A DNA stretch of 64,000 bases from Oligoflexales bacterium (GCA_045106415.1 JBGCEP010000026.1:32001-96000), one strand, 5' to 3'; shown: positions 9,947-20,406, counted from the stretch's first letter. The notes: generated from the letters alone by a model not told the origin. Translations and numbers: made by a program.

Positions 9947-11074
9947 TTATTTGTGTGCCGCGGTATCTTGACCACTGATTTTGTGAAAAATAGCCACGAG
10001 GTAAGGAGTGGGAAGAAAGCCCCCGACTTCTTTACCGTTAATAATGAGAAGCGGTGTGCCTCGAACGTTATAGTGTTGGCTTACGGCGAGGTGGTCTTTA
10101 ATCGCACTGCGAGATTCTTTACTTCGGTAACAGTTCTGGATGTTGTACTGTGACGCAAGGCTGTCTAAGTATGTTGGAGATATTTGATCTTGATGATCGA
10201 ATATTTCGTTGTGTATTTCTTCGAACCGATCTCCAGCACAAGCTGCGATTCGGCTGGCTTGGCATGCCTGAGGGTGAGGGCCGTAGCCAACAGGAATCTG
10301 ATAGTTACAGCTATCATCCATAGGGTAGAAGAAAAATTGCGCATTGACTAAGTGTTTAAATGGTTTGATAGCTGCAGGTAAAAAGTCACGAAGAGCCCTG
10401 CAGGCAGGGCATTGGAAATCTGAAAAAATACTGATCCGAATCGGAGCGTCCTTGAATTTTTCTGTGCTTTGATGGAGCCAGAATCCTGACTCTTGTGAAG
10501 GGTCTCCAACAAGAGGGGCTTTTTCAAAAAGTTTTTCTGCTTTTGGCGTAACTTCTGTCAGGGTATTTTGACCCGCAGGAGTCCATAGAAAAAATAGAGC
10601 GATGACAGCAATGCCGAGACTCCCCTGGCTAAAGACAGGGAGTAGAGGAGGGAGTATCATCGACTGATATCCGACTGCAAAAAGAGCTAGAAAAGAAGCT
10701 AGATAATACAAAGAACAGGCAGGACATAATCCACCTAAAGCAAGAATCGAATAAGCCCCGAGGGCAAGGCACCCGAGAGCATTCACAAGAGCAAGGCTGC
10801 GTGTGGATGCTAAAAAGAAACTAGGAAAAGCTGCTGCGATGAGAAAAAGAAGACCTGTAACAGCGCCAAAAACCCCTAAAGGGATACCAAAGATTGCACC
10901 AATAGGGGAAAGAGCTGTTTGGTCACAGTTCCAAAAACTGGAAAGATTACACAAGCCGTGAGGTTCATCGGCTGTAGGGAAGTGGACTTGGAAATAATGT
11001 TGGGTGAGGTATAACCCGAGGGCCATCATAGATAAACTACTTACAACAAGGATCCAACGTTTCCAAGGGGCCAT
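9947..11074 (-). CDS. VKOR (vitamin K epoxide reductase) - DsbA/thioredoxin fusion
   Basis: VKOR loop cysteines C-NLSSFWN-C and transmembrane CPAC. Thioredoxin FSDFQCPAC and GTP cis-Pro loop. Start placed at M36 of the ORF. Confidence 0.9.
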   Translation of the reverse strand: MAPWKRWILVVSSLSMMALGLYLTQHYFQVHFPTADEPHGLCNLSSFWNCDQTALSPIGAIFGIPLGVFGAVTGLLFLIAAAFPSFFLASTRSLALVNALGCLALGAYSILALGGLCPACSLYYLASFLALFAVGYQSMILPPLLPVFSQGSLGIAVIALFFLWTPAGQNTLTEVTPKAEKLFEKAPLVGDPSQESGFWLHQSTEKFKDAPIRISIFSDFQCPACRALRDFLPAAIKPFKHLVNAQFFFYPMDDSCNYQIPVGYGPHPQACQASRIAACAGDRFEEIHNEIFDHQDQISPTYLDSLASQYNIQNCYRSKESRSAIKDHLAVSQHYNVRGTPLLIINGKEVGGFLPTPYLVAIFHKISGQDTAAHK

Positions 11075-11075
11075 A

Positions 11076-12011
11076 TCACTCTCCGCCAGGGTTAAATTGC
11101 AATTCGGCAATAGCTCGCGCTTCATCCATCCAACCTTGCTGGACTTGGACGTGAAGGTCAAGGAAAACTGGTGTTTCAAAGTAGGATTCTAACGATTCAC
11201 GTGCAGCCTGGCCGATAGACTTAAGCCTTTGGCCTCGTTTTCCAATGACCATACCTTTATGGCTATCTCGGCTGACTATTAAGCTGCCATGTACAACGTG
11301 CATCAGTTTTGGTTCTGTTTTTTCTTCAACCGAATCGACTCTTACACTTGCTCCATATGGAAGCTCTTGGCCTGTTTGCCTAAACAGTTGCTCACGAATA
11401 AGTTCTGAAAGGATGAGCTTTTCAGGAGAAGCGCTCATTTCGTCTTCATCAAATAACATCGGTCCTTCAGGAATCATATCCATCCATAAAGAACGGAGGT
11501 CCTCAAGGCTTGTACGGCGGCGGGCTGAAATTAATTTGATTTTTGGCTTTGGCTTATCTTCAGGAATTTTACAAGCAGACAAACCTGCTTCAACACTGAC
11601 TAGACCTTGCTGAATGATAGTTTTTTTAACAGCATCTTCTTTTGTGACTAAAATCATAATTGGTGATGAAGTCCGCGCTATTAATTTTTCAATGAGAGCC
11701 TGGTCTGCAGGCTGCCAGCCTGCGGTTCCGTCGATCAGATAGCAAACCACATCTGCGTCTTGTACAACACCCCAGGCTTCTTGATTCATCAGCTGATTTA
11801 AACGAGGCTTGCCTTTGGCTTTGTGGAGACCTGGGGTATCAAGGAAGACTAACTGGCGGTCGTCTTCAGTAAAAATACCAGTGATGCGATTGCGTGTTGT
11901 TTGTGCTTTACGGCTGACGCCTGCAATTTTACAACCAATCATAGCGTTTAAAAGTGTGCTTTTTCCTGCGTTAGGTCGGCCAAGAAAAGCGATGTATCCA
12001 CAAAATGACAT
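11076..12011 (-). CDS. era: GTPase Era
   Basis: GRPNAGKST, QTTR, DTPG, TKED (NKxD-like) and KH domain VIGKRG. Confidence 0.95.
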   Translation of the reverse strand: MSFCGYIAFLGRPNAGKSTLLNAMIGCKIAGVSRKAQTTRNRITGIFTEDDRQLVFLDTPGLHKAKGKPRLNQLMNQEAWGVVQDADVVCYLIDGTAGWQPADQALIEKLIARTSSPIMILVTKEDAVKKTIIQQGLVSVEAGLSACKIPEDKPKPKIKLISARRRTSLEDLRSLWMDMIPEGPMLFDEDEMSASPEKLILSELIREQLFRQTGQELPYGASVRVDSVEEKTEPKLMHVVHGSLIVSRDSHKGMVIGKRGQRLKSIGQAARESLESYFETPVFLDLHVQVQQGWMDEARAIAELQFNPGGE

Positions 12012-12103
12012 ATAAAAACCCCGTTCGTTTATACGAAGAAGCGCATTATAGCACAATTATTTCTGATAATAAACACTAATAAGTTTTTAGATTTAAAGGG
12101 GTT

Positions 12104-12137
12104 ACGATCACGACGGTTTGAGCCTCATCGTGATCGT
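12104..12137. other. Inverted repeat between degQ and era
   Basis: ACGATCACGA-N14-TCGTGATCGT; no clear U-tract. Confidence 0.4.
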
Positions 12138-12144
12138 TATGATT

Positions 12145-13596
12145 TTAAGGCTGATTAATGGAGACGAAGTAGTAGACTCGCTCTCTTTCAACTTGTAGGA
12201 CGTGAGATTTTTTTGATTTTAAAACTTGTTCGAAATTTTCAACAGAGTGAACAGCTTTTCCGTTAATTCTTCGCACAACGTCTCCTGGACGCAGATGTGC
12301 TTTTTCAGCAGGACTTTTACTCTCAACGTGAGTAATAACGACACCTTCGTTTGATTCAAATTGATATTTTTGTTTGAGGTCTTTTGTTACTTTTTGGCTT
12401 AAGATGCCAAAAGTGTGCTTTATATTTTGCTGACCCTCATTACGTTGAGGCTCTAAGCTTTGAGCTGTGCCAAGCTTCATAGAGATGACTTTGCTTTTTC
12501 CGTCACGCAGAAGCTTAAGCTTTACTGTTTCTTTAGGTTGTTGCATCCCAATTGTGTATTGCAGATCACTTGTTGATTTCACAGTATGCTCTTCGCCATC
12601 AGTGGTCATGACAGATGTGACTACGTCACCCTCTAGAAGCTTTCCTGCAGAAGGCCCATCTGGCATGACTTGTGCAATCAATGCACCTTGAAGGTCTTTT
12701 GGGAAACCAAAGCCTTCTATGAGTTGTTCTGTGAGAGGTTGCAATTGAACGCCTAAAAATCCTCGTTGGATAGAACCTTCATTAATAAGGCGTGTGGCAA
12801 TGTCTCTTACTATATTTGAAGGGATGGCAAAGCCAATGCCATTTGAAGCACCTGATTTGGAGAAGATAGCAGTATTCATGCCGACAACTTCACCGTGTGT
12901 GTTTAGAAGGGGCCCACCGCTGTTTCCTGGGTTAATAGTAGAGTCGGTTTGAATAAATCTTTCATACTTTACAATACGGAGTTCTCTTCTGTGGACAGCT
13001 GAAACAATCCCCAAAGAAGCACTGCCTTGAAGCCCAAAGGGAGCACCGTCAGCAAGAACAAAGGCTCCTGCTTGGAGGTTGTCTGAGTCTCCAAGCCTGA
13101 GGGCTGCAATGTCATGTTTATCAAATTTTTCAGTGATTTGAACAACTGCAATATCTGTTCCAGGGTCTCGTCCGACTATTTTGCCTTTGTAGGTTTTTTC
13201 ATTGTTGAGCTTTAATGAGATTTCATCAGCGCCATCGACTACATGGTTATTGGTGAGGATGTAGCCTTTATCTAGGTCGACAATAAAGCCAGAACCTTGG
13301 CCGTCTTGTTTTCTTTCTTTTGGTTGTTGAGGTTGATGCTGTCGTCGCGCTTCATCTCCAAAGAGGTATTCGAAAAGGTCGACAGCCTGTGGAGAGGATA
13401 TTGTTTTTGAAACAGAAACAAAAACAAGGCCTTGTCTTGCGCTCTCAACAAGTTTTTCTGTATCCTTTGAAACTTTTTGTAAAAAAGTTTGAGGGACAGG
13501 GGATTTTAAGGAAGGTGTAAATTCATATCGACTTTTTGCGGAAGATATGCCGCTAAAAAGTATAGATAATGACATAAGCAAGCATTGTAGTTTCAC
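12145..13596 (-). CDS. Do/DegQ family serine endoprotease with two PDZ domains
   Basis: Signal peptide; TNNHV, TDIAV and GNSGG catalytic triad; two PDZ domains. Confidence 0.95.
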   Translation of the reverse strand: MKLQCLLMSLSILFSGISSAKSRYEFTPSLKSPVPQTFLQKVSKDTEKLVESARQGLVFVSVSKTISSPQAVDLFEYLFGDEARRQHQPQQPKERKQDGQGSGFIVDLDKGYILTNNHVVDGADEISLKLNNEKTYKGKIVGRDPGTDIAVVQITEKFDKHDIAALRLGDSDNLQAGAFVLADGAPFGLQGSASLGIVSAVHRRELRIVKYERFIQTDSTINPGNSGGPLLNTHGEVVGMNTAIFSKSGASNGIGFAIPSNIVRDIATRLINEGSIQRGFLGVQLQPLTEQLIEGFGFPKDLQGALIAQVMPDGPSAGKLLEGDVVTSVMTTDGEEHTVKSTSDLQYTIGMQQPKETVKLKLLRDGKSKVISMKLGTAQSLEPQRNEGQQNIKHTFGILSQKVTKDLKQKYQFESNEGVVITHVESKSPAEKAHLRPGDVVRRINGKAVHSVENFEQVLKSKKSHVLQVERERVYYFVSINQP

Positions 13597-14041
13597 AAGA
13601 CACTCCTAATCTAAAAATGTGAGACAGGTGGTGTAAACACCGTTTTCTTTATTTTAATATGCCTGACAGGGAGTGAGAATTGCATAAGAGATCGAAATTT
13701 TTGTGAGCTAGGGTATTTAGAGTGTGAGATTGATAGGAGCCGGAGCAAGAAAGAAAGGAGTGATACAAAAGACAAGCGAAGCTATGAAGAATTTGCATCA
13801 TGACTGGATTTGGCATGGTTTTTTATCTTTGCTGGTTGTAGTGCTTTTGAAAAGTTATTTAATAAATCGGCATGGTGTTGTGAGTGAGTGGTTTATTTTT
13901 TTGAGTAAGTTGTTTTTTGTAAAATCTCTGCGAGATTATGCCATAACTTCAAACTCTTTCGAATGAACAGATTTCTTAAGTCTGTGTAAGAGTTTGTATT
14001 CAAGTTTGGTTCATGATGCTTTGTAACTTTGTAAGCAAGGC

Positions 14042-15169
14042 TTACTCTTGTGGAAAATTATTATGAGAGCCGCGGCAATTGATAACGATCTGTTGCTGGA
14101 GCCATAAGTCTATAATGGTGAGATGAGCCATAGCTTCCACGATAGGGACAGCTCGAGGTAACACACAAGGGTCGTGTCGACCTTTATGAGGGGGGCAGAT
14201 TGTAGATTGCCCGTTTCTATCGACGCTTTGTTGAGGTTTTTGAATAGTGGAGGTGGGCTTAAAAGCAATGCGCATATCAAGAGGTAAACCATTACTAATG
14301 CCGCCTTGTACGCCTCCAGCGTTATTACTTTGAGGGGTTATGTTCTGATTTTTATCAAGGCCTAAAGGGTCGTTGTGTTCCGATCCTTTGAGTTGTGTGC
14401 CTGAGAAACCACTGCCTATTTCAAAGCCTTTCGTTGCAGGAATACTCATCATCGCCATAGCCATAACTGCCTGAAGTTTATGAAACACAGGTTCTCCTAT
14501 TCCTTTTGGAACACCTTGAACAAGACAGCGTATGATTCCACCGAGGCTGTCGCCATCGTTTTTTGTTTTTTCAATAGCTTCCATCATGAGTGTCGAGTGT
14601 TTATGACAAGGGCATCTTACAGGTGTGTTTTCAATCTTTTTCGCATCCTTTTGGCACCATTGAGCATCAAAAGGATATTGGCATTCAATTTGTCCGACTG
14701 TTTGTACATAAGCGGTGGCGAGGTATTGGGGGTAGCGTTGTTGAAGTATTTGGCAAGCAATAGAGCCGGCAATGACTCGAGCTAAAGTTTCACGCGCACT
14801 TGCTCTGCCCCCACCGGAGAGTGCAAGAAGTCCGTATTTTTCTAAAGTTGTAGTGTCGGCGTGACCAGGGCGTAAGGCTGTTTGTTTATACTCTTTTGGA
14901 TTTGCATCTTTGTTCTTGACGTAAAAACTTAATGGAGTTCCTAAAGAGACTCCGTTTTCAAGCCCACTCAAACATTCAACTCTGTCTTCTTCTTGACGTG
15001 GAGAAGTTAAAGAGCTTTGTCCTGGTTTGCGTTTATCAAGCTCAAGCTGAATTTTTTGAAGATCAACTTTATATCCTGGAGGACAGCCATCGATGGTACA
15101 ACCAACAGCGATACCATGCGACTCACCAAATGTCATGACTCGAAAATATTGACCCCATAGGTTTGACAT
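14042..15169 (-). CDS. aroC: Chorismate synthase
   Basis: TFGESHG, RPGHAD, GGGRASARET and RHDPCVLPRA signatures. Confidence 0.97.
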   Translation of the reverse strand: MSNLWGQYFRVMTFGESHGIAVGCTIDGCPPGYKVDLQKIQLELDKRKPGQSSLTSPRQEEDRVECLSGLENGVSLGTPLSFYVKNKDANPKEYKQTALRPGHADTTTLEKYGLLALSGGGRASARETLARVIAGSIACQILQQRYPQYLATAYVQTVGQIECQYPFDAQWCQKDAKKIENTPVRCPCHKHSTLMMEAIEKTKNDGDSLGGIIRCLVQGVPKGIGEPVFHKLQAVMAMAMMSIPATKGFEIGSGFSGTQLKGSEHNDPLGLDKNQNITPQSNNAGGVQGGISNGLPLDMRIAFKPTSTIQKPQQSVDRNGQSTICPPHKGRHDPCVLPRAVPIVEAMAHLTIIDLWLQQQIVINCRGSHNNFPQE

Positions 15170-15257
15170 GTTCTCTCCTTGTTACGTCATAGGCCGAGAG
15201 GGCATCTTACTCAGAGCTTGGTCTATCGACAAGGTGAACGTCGCTGTGCCACGGGTT

Positions 15258-18137
15258 TTAAAACAGAGAGTCAAATCCTGTGGTGAGGTAAACCTGAAAA
15301 GAGTTTCCTAAAACTTGACCCGCGCCAAGGCCAACATTAAAGCGGACACCTTTGTTTTCAAGCTGGAAATCTAAGTTGTATCCATGAGCAATGGAAAATG
15401 TTTCTGAAGAAGGAGTTGGTCCGTACCATGCTCCTCCGTAATTGAGAAATGCTGAAAAGTCGAGTCTTTCCGCGAATAAAATCCAAAAAACTTTGTTGAA
15501 ATTTTGAATAACAGGCTGTGTAAAGCGTAACTGTGCTCGAGCTTTTGTATCACCATAGCGCAAAGAAAAAAGGCTGCCTGAACCTAGAACAGGGAAACTG
15601 TTTTTATTATAGCCACCACCTGTCCCAGGTATAAAAGTTTGTAAAGGGCTATAAAGCTCCATAAGATTGCGTCTTTTTGACCCTCTTGTTCTTGACCCTG
15701 AGAAAGCCAAGGATAGATGAGAAGATTTGAACATAGGGTAAGAAGCGCTCAGGGATGAACGAAGTTGATTGTAGTTAAAGTTTTTATTGAGAAAGCCAGG
15801 GGTGATGGTTTGCCCAAGGGAAAAAGAAGTTCGTCCTTTACCGAAGCTAGTGCTTATTGAAACATCTCCTGATGGCTCTATAAGAAGACCCGTGCGATTA
15901 GGATTATACGCTCCCACATAAGCTAAAATTTTTGAAGATTTAACAGCAAAGCTCCATTGTCCTGACATTTTTTTAATGTGATATGAAGAAGCTGTATTCC
16001 ATTGAAGGCCAAACTCTTGAAGATAGGAAGGTCTTGTGTTGATATAGCCGTTAAAAAGTTGTCTGTTAAAACCTTGCAGGACCCAACTGGGATGGTGCCG
16101 GCGGTTGGTATAAGAAATATCCACTGTAGGAAATTGACTCACTGTACCCACGAGTAAAGAGGTGCGTAAAGTGTGGTTCTGGAGTTTGTCAATCCAAGGA
16201 ACGCCAACAAGTCCTATTTGTAAGCCCCCGAGCGGATCATCTCCGCCAACCCAAGGAAAGAAAAAAGGCGAGTGGGCATGGTGAGGAGCAGGCTTTGTGA
16301 GTCGGTGTGGTGGTAGATGGGTTCCTGATGGAGGAGCTTGTTTTGCTTTATTGAGGAGAGTTGGCGGTTGCCATAAGCTTGATTTACTTACAGCATTTTC
16401 TAAAGAAAGAAATTGGTTCGAGTTTGTTGCAATAAGATATGGTGATGTATGTGCTGTATATCTTTGACATGGCCTTTCTGCGGGACGGTATCTATAGATG
16501 CTTTGATACTCTCCATCATAAAGTGTTAAAGCCAAATCTCCTTCTTTCATACCTTCTATGTGATAGACAAGATCTGCGACAGGGGATTGTGCGAGGCAAA
16601 GACCGTGTGTTGAAATTTTTTCAAGATAGCGTCCTGTGCGAAAACTTTTTAACATCCATAGAGTATCTCCTGTGCGAGTAAGTTGAAGTGGAGTGGAACC
16701 ATCAGTGGGTGGGGATAGAAATTCTGATTCAAGGAGGTTTTGATCCCAAACCAGTATCTTATGTTGATCTCCAGCTGGTGTTTCTGTAGTGAGTCTTAGC
16801 CATACTCGATCTTTATTCTCGGTGCCGAGCCATGCGATTTGCCTGGGATAAGATTCTTCGATTGGACAAATTTTCTTTTCTGGTTGATGGAGAGATGAGT
16901 AGCACAGAGAGGTTTTGTTTATGTTTTTTTCAAGCCAGATCATATAAGACCCTGTTGAAGTGACGTGTGTTACAAAACCGGGAACTGTGATTATTTTTTC
17001 TTCTTCTTTGTTTCTTAAAATAATGTTTGTATTTTTTTTCTGATTATTTTGATCTTTTATGACTTCTGTCGAAATAAGAAGATTTGTTGTTGCGATTTGA
17101 GGGTTTTCACCTAAGGGGAAAGAAGTGTGCAAAGGCTGACTTTTCACAACCCAATTTTGTGTTGAGAAATTTAATAAATGAGGTCGAATACTTTCATGAT
17201 CTCGAAAGAAACCATACAGCTGACCATGAATACTGAAAGTGAGAGGAGCTCCTGACCATCGAGATCGAGCACCAGGCTGAGTTGTTAATAATGGACCGTG
17301 ATCGTGGCGAAACCAATAAGATTTCGCTTCTTTTTTATACATTTTGTAGAGTTGAGGAGCATTTTTTCCTAAAGCCCACTTTAAAGAGGCGTCCATAGGG
17401 AGTGCATCCAAACTGGGGATTAGCGTTAAAGGCCAATACCAAGGGAGGGTTCTGCTATAAAATTTTTCCATAAATTTAGGAAAATCTTTTGCTAAACCTT
17501 TTTCTAAAAGCCAAGAAACAAACGCACCTGAGGCAGCATATCCAGCGTAAGATGTTTTTGATCTGTATAAACTATGCAGATCATCTAAATGGAACCAGTC
17601 ATCATGGAGAGCGGAATATCTTTCTATAGCTGCTGTGGCGTCAGAACCAATAGATCGACTCATGGCTTCTGCTAAGCCTTCTAGAAACCAAGCTGGCATC
17701 CATGGTAAATGCCAAAGAGCCCATGCTTGTCCAAGAGGCTCTGAAAAGTGAAGATACATCATGGCATGAGTGTATTCGTGCCACATGAGGTCTCTATCCC
17801 CTTGTCCCAGTGTTTGAAGTTCTATGGTATCTAAAAGAAAATTGGCAAATGAGGCGTGAGATGAAACTCCTGACATTACAACAGGGAGCGGAGAACGCCT
17901 TTTCATACCAAACCATTGTTCTGCGTAGGGACGTAGGTTGTTTGTTGCGTCCATTAAAGCTTTGGCTTCAGGTAAACTTTCTGTGTCATGAAAAAATTGA
18001 AAATGTTTACTAGCTAGAAGTTGATACTCTCTAGCTCCTTGGTTCGTATAAAAGCCAATAGGTAAAGATTTAGCTATCGTTGGTAGAATAAGGGCGGTGA
18101 TGACGAAACCATTCAGTCGCTTGTTCCAACTCTTCAT
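15258..18137 (-). CDS. Large outer-membrane protein: gluzincin-like peptidase domain, propeller-like middle, beta-barrel-like C-terminus
   Basis: Signal peptide; HEYTH...EGLAE; amphipathic beta strands in the C-terminal ~330 aa; terminal Phe. Confidence 0.65.
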   Translation of the reverse strand: MKSWNKRLNGFVITALILPTIAKSLPIGFYTNQGAREYQLLASKHFQFFHDTESLPEAKALMDATNNLRPYAEQWFGMKRRSPLPVVMSGVSSHASFANFLLDTIELQTLGQGDRDLMWHEYTHAMMYLHFSEPLGQAWALWHLPWMPAWFLEGLAEAMSRSIGSDATAAIERYSALHDDWFHLDDLHSLYRSKTSYAGYAASGAFVSWLLEKGLAKDFPKFMEKFYSRTLPWYWPLTLIPSLDALPMDASLKWALGKNAPQLYKMYKKEAKSYWFRHDHGPLLTTQPGARSRWSGAPLTFSIHGQLYGFFRDHESIRPHLLNFSTQNWVVKSQPLHTSFPLGENPQIATTNLLISTEVIKDQNNQKKNTNIILRNKEEEKIITVPGFVTHVTSTGSYMIWLEKNINKTSLCYSSLHQPEKKICPIEESYPRQIAWLGTENKDRVWLRLTTETPAGDQHKILVWDQNLLESEFLSPPTDGSTPLQLTRTGDTLWMLKSFRTGRYLEKISTHGLCLAQSPVADLVYHIEGMKEGDLALTLYDGEYQSIYRYRPAERPCQRYTAHTSPYLIATNSNQFLSLENAVSKSSLWQPPTLLNKAKQAPPSGTHLPPHRLTKPAPHHAHSPFFFPWVGGDDPLGGLQIGLVGVPWIDKLQNHTLRTSLLVGTVSQFPTVDISYTNRRHHPSWVLQGFNRQLFNGYINTRPSYLQEFGLQWNTASSYHIKKMSGQWSFAVKSSKILAYVGAYNPNRTGLLIEPSGDVSISTSFGKGRTSFSLGQTITPGFLNKNFNYNQLRSSLSASYPMFKSSHLSLAFSGSRTRGSKRRNLMELYSPLQTFIPGTGGGYNKNSFPVLGSGSLFSLRYGDTKARAQLRFTQPVIQNFNKVFWILFAERLDFSAFLNYGGAWYGPTPSSETFSIAHGYNLDFQLENKGVRFNVGLGAGQVLGNSFQVYLTTGFDSLF

Positions 18138-18810
18138 AAGTATCAATCCCCATACTGGGTTGTGATGCATTTACTGTTAACAAGCTTATACCATGATCTA
18201 AAGCTCGAAGCTGTTCAAGTCGTTCGATTTTTTCATGTTTGGAAACTGGAAGGTTGTGAAAGCGCATTAATGTTTCTCTTCTGAAAGCGTAAACACCAAT
18301 ATGCTCTAATGCACTTGAAGCATGATGAGGGATGACGGATCTAGAAAAGTACATTGCAAAATCATTTTGATTACGTACGACTTTGACAACATGTGGGCTT
18401 TGAATTTTTTTCTCATCTTGTGTTTCATGAACAAGAGTCCCCATTTCACTCTTAGGGTTTTGCTGCATGGCCTCCATGAGAGATTCCAGATCTTCAGGGT
18501 TGATAAAAGGTTCATCCCCTTGAACGTTGAGCACCCAAGGCTCATTTCTTTGCATGGCTACTTCATGGCAGCGGTCAGTACCACTAGGGTGGTCTGCTCG
18601 AGTCATCATCACCGTGACATGATGAGCTTCACATAACTCTTTAATATCACTTGAGTCTGTTGCAACTACAATATGAGCTTTGGAGAGAAGGGGTTTAAGG
18701 TTTTCGTAGACCCGGATAATGAGAGGCTGTCCATCAACAAGGGCTAAAGGTTTGCTGGGAAGACGTTGAGAGTTAAGTCGAGCAGGTATCACAATAAGCC
18801 AATTAGACAA
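18070..18810 (-). CDS. kdsB: 3-deoxy-manno-octulosonate cytidylyltransferase
   Basis: IPARLNSQRLPSKPL, SGTDR, NVQGDEP and LEQLRAL. Confidence 0.95.
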   Translation of the reverse strand: MSNWLIVIPARLNSQRLPSKPLALVDGQPLIIRVYENLKPLLSKAHIVVATDSSDIKELCEAHHVTVMMTRADHPSGTDRCHEVAMQRNEPWVLNVQGDEPFINPEDLESLMEAMQQNPKSEMGTLVHETQDEKKIQSPHVVKVVRNQNDFAMYFSRSVIPHHASSALEHIGVYAFRRETLMRFHNLPVSKHEKIERLEQLRALDHGISLLTVNASQPSMGIDTYEELEQATEWFRHHRPYSTNDS

Positions 18811-18970
18811 TGGAAACTCCTAAGATAACATTGCGTCATTATAATCATCTTTAGTTTTGTATGCTAGGATATTGAGTTGGACGTATTCTTGTTGTTAGGT
18901 CTGAGATGGTTATCGATTTATGATATACAGAGTGCGTTTGTGGCATGTTGCTTGAAAGAAAGGATTCATC

Positions 18971-20239
18971 GTGACAGAACAAGATCCATATGAGTTTTTT
19001 GAAGGTCCTCTTTGTAATTGTCTTGATGATGCTTACCGTTTTTCCTCTCTTCTTCTTTTGGATACGGCAGCAGGTCAGCAAGTGGTTCAAAAAGCATATC
19101 ATGAGCTCGGGCATGGGAGTGTTCAAGCTGTTCATGAACATAAAGAAATTTTAAAGTCTGTATTGAAAGTGTGCTGGAGCTATGCGAAGAAAGAAAAGTC
19201 GAAGGATTCCCTTTCTTCACACCAATGGATGAAAGGCTTGACCCAGTTGTCTCGAGCTAGCCTTATCTGCACAGACTTGCTCGGACTGTCTGTTGATGAC
19301 TTAAGAGTGCTTACAGGCCACTCTGTCGGCGAAATATCTGAAGAGTTAGGGCAAGCTCGGAAAGCTTTACTCATTCACGAGCAAGAACCTGGGGAAAACC
19401 ACTCTGATGATGCGATTGATGTTTTAGCTGATTTAGAAGGCTTGCTTGATGAAGACGTTGGTCGCACAGAGGCTGAACAAAAATGTGGTTCAGCAGAAGA
19501 GTTAGAGGCGTTACTTGAAGATTATCAAGTGGCTCGAGGACGTTTTCAAATGAGCCTTCATCCTTTTATGCTTGAAGAAAATGAGAGAGTTTCTATTCAA
19601 GAGCTTGTACGAGGGCATGAAAAAAGACTTGAACAAGAATCAGAAGCGATTGATTCTATTTCTTTGAAGGAAAAGATCTTTTTCTGGGGTGGGCGTTTGG
19701 TTGGAGCTTTATTGCTCTGCGGGCTTGCTTATGGTGCATATCAGAAATGGTTTGTTGAAGAGTTTGAGTTTGACGCAGTGCAAGCATTGGCTTACGAAGC
19801 TCTTATGCTCGAAGAGTCTGAAGATATTGATTTTCCTGCAACAAGAACTTCGGAGGTTGGCGATTATTTTGCAGCAAATCATAGTGTTGACTTCCAAGTG
19901 ACTCCTTTTCAATATCCTCCTCGAGGCTGGCGAGTCGAAGGAGCGTCTGTCATTGACTATGAAATCACTCAGATTGCTGTGACCTGGTTCAAACGAGGGT
20001 ATGAGCGTTTGTTTCACTTTGTGTTTCCAAGTCGAATCGCTTCTTTGGAGAACTCAAAGCTTCAAGAAAGTGAAGGGTTCCATTTTTACTCATATGCATC
20101 AGATCAGATTAATTTGATTGTTTGGGAACAAAATGAAGGTGTTTTTGCAATGTTAGCTGGGCGAGAAAGTGTCGAGAATCTTATCGCATATGTGACACAA
20201 GGCAAAAAAGAAGAAGGGCGTGACGAGATTCAAAAATAA
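18971..20239 (+). CDS. Degenerate ECF sigma-like domains fused to anti-sigma-like TM/periplasmic module
   Basis: Sigma2-like AYRFSSLLLLDTAAGQQVVQKAY, sigma4-like GLSVDDLRVLTGHSVGEISEELGQARKAL, one TM helix and a C-terminal soluble domain. Confidence 0.6.
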   Translation: MTEQDPYEFFEGPLCNCLDDAYRFSSLLLLDTAAGQQVVQKAYHELGHGSVQAVHEHKEILKSVLKVCWSYAKKEKSKDSLSSHQWMKGLTQLSRASLICTDLLGLSVDDLRVLTGHSVGEISEELGQARKALLIHEQEPGENHSDDAIDVLADLEGLLDEDVGRTEAEQKCGSAEELEALLEDYQVARGRFQMSLHPFMLEENERVSIQELVRGHEKRLEQESEAIDSISLKEKIFFWGGRLVGALLLCGLAYGAYQKWFVEEFEFDAVQALAYEALMLEESEDIDFPATRTSEVGDYFAANHSVDFQVTPFQYPPRGWRVEGASVIDYEITQIAVTWFKRGYERLFHFVFPSRIASLENSKLQESEGFHFYSYASDQINLIVWEQNEGVFAMLAGRESVENLIAYVTQGKKEEGRDEIQK

Positions 20240-20288
20240 GTATTATTTGATTTTGTTTTTGAATCGAACGATTTCCTTTGTTTTTTTG

Positions 20289-20317
20289 TTGACATCATCA
20301 CCCCAAGGATATAGAAC
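20289..20317 (+). promoter_or_regulatory. Sigma-70 promoter of tRNA-Asp
   Basis: TTGACA-N17-TAGAAC, 12 nt upstream of the tRNA. Confidence 0.65.
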
Positions 20318-20329
20318 TGATCTCAGTGC

Positions 20330-20406
20330 GGGGGAGTAGTTAAGTTGGTTATAACGCCGGCTTGTCACGCCGGAGGCCGCGGGTTCAAGTCCCGTCTCTC
20401 CCGCCA
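20330..20406 (+). tRNA. tRNA-Asp (GTC)
   Basis: Cloverleaf: acceptor GGGGGAG/CTCTCCC, anticodon arm CCGGC-TTGTCAC-GCCGG, T-loop TTCAAGT, encoded CCA. Confidence 0.97.

Noticed and set aside
13724..13966. 80-aa ORF with a hydrophobic stretch
   Set aside because: No recognisable family; may be a remnant or spurious.
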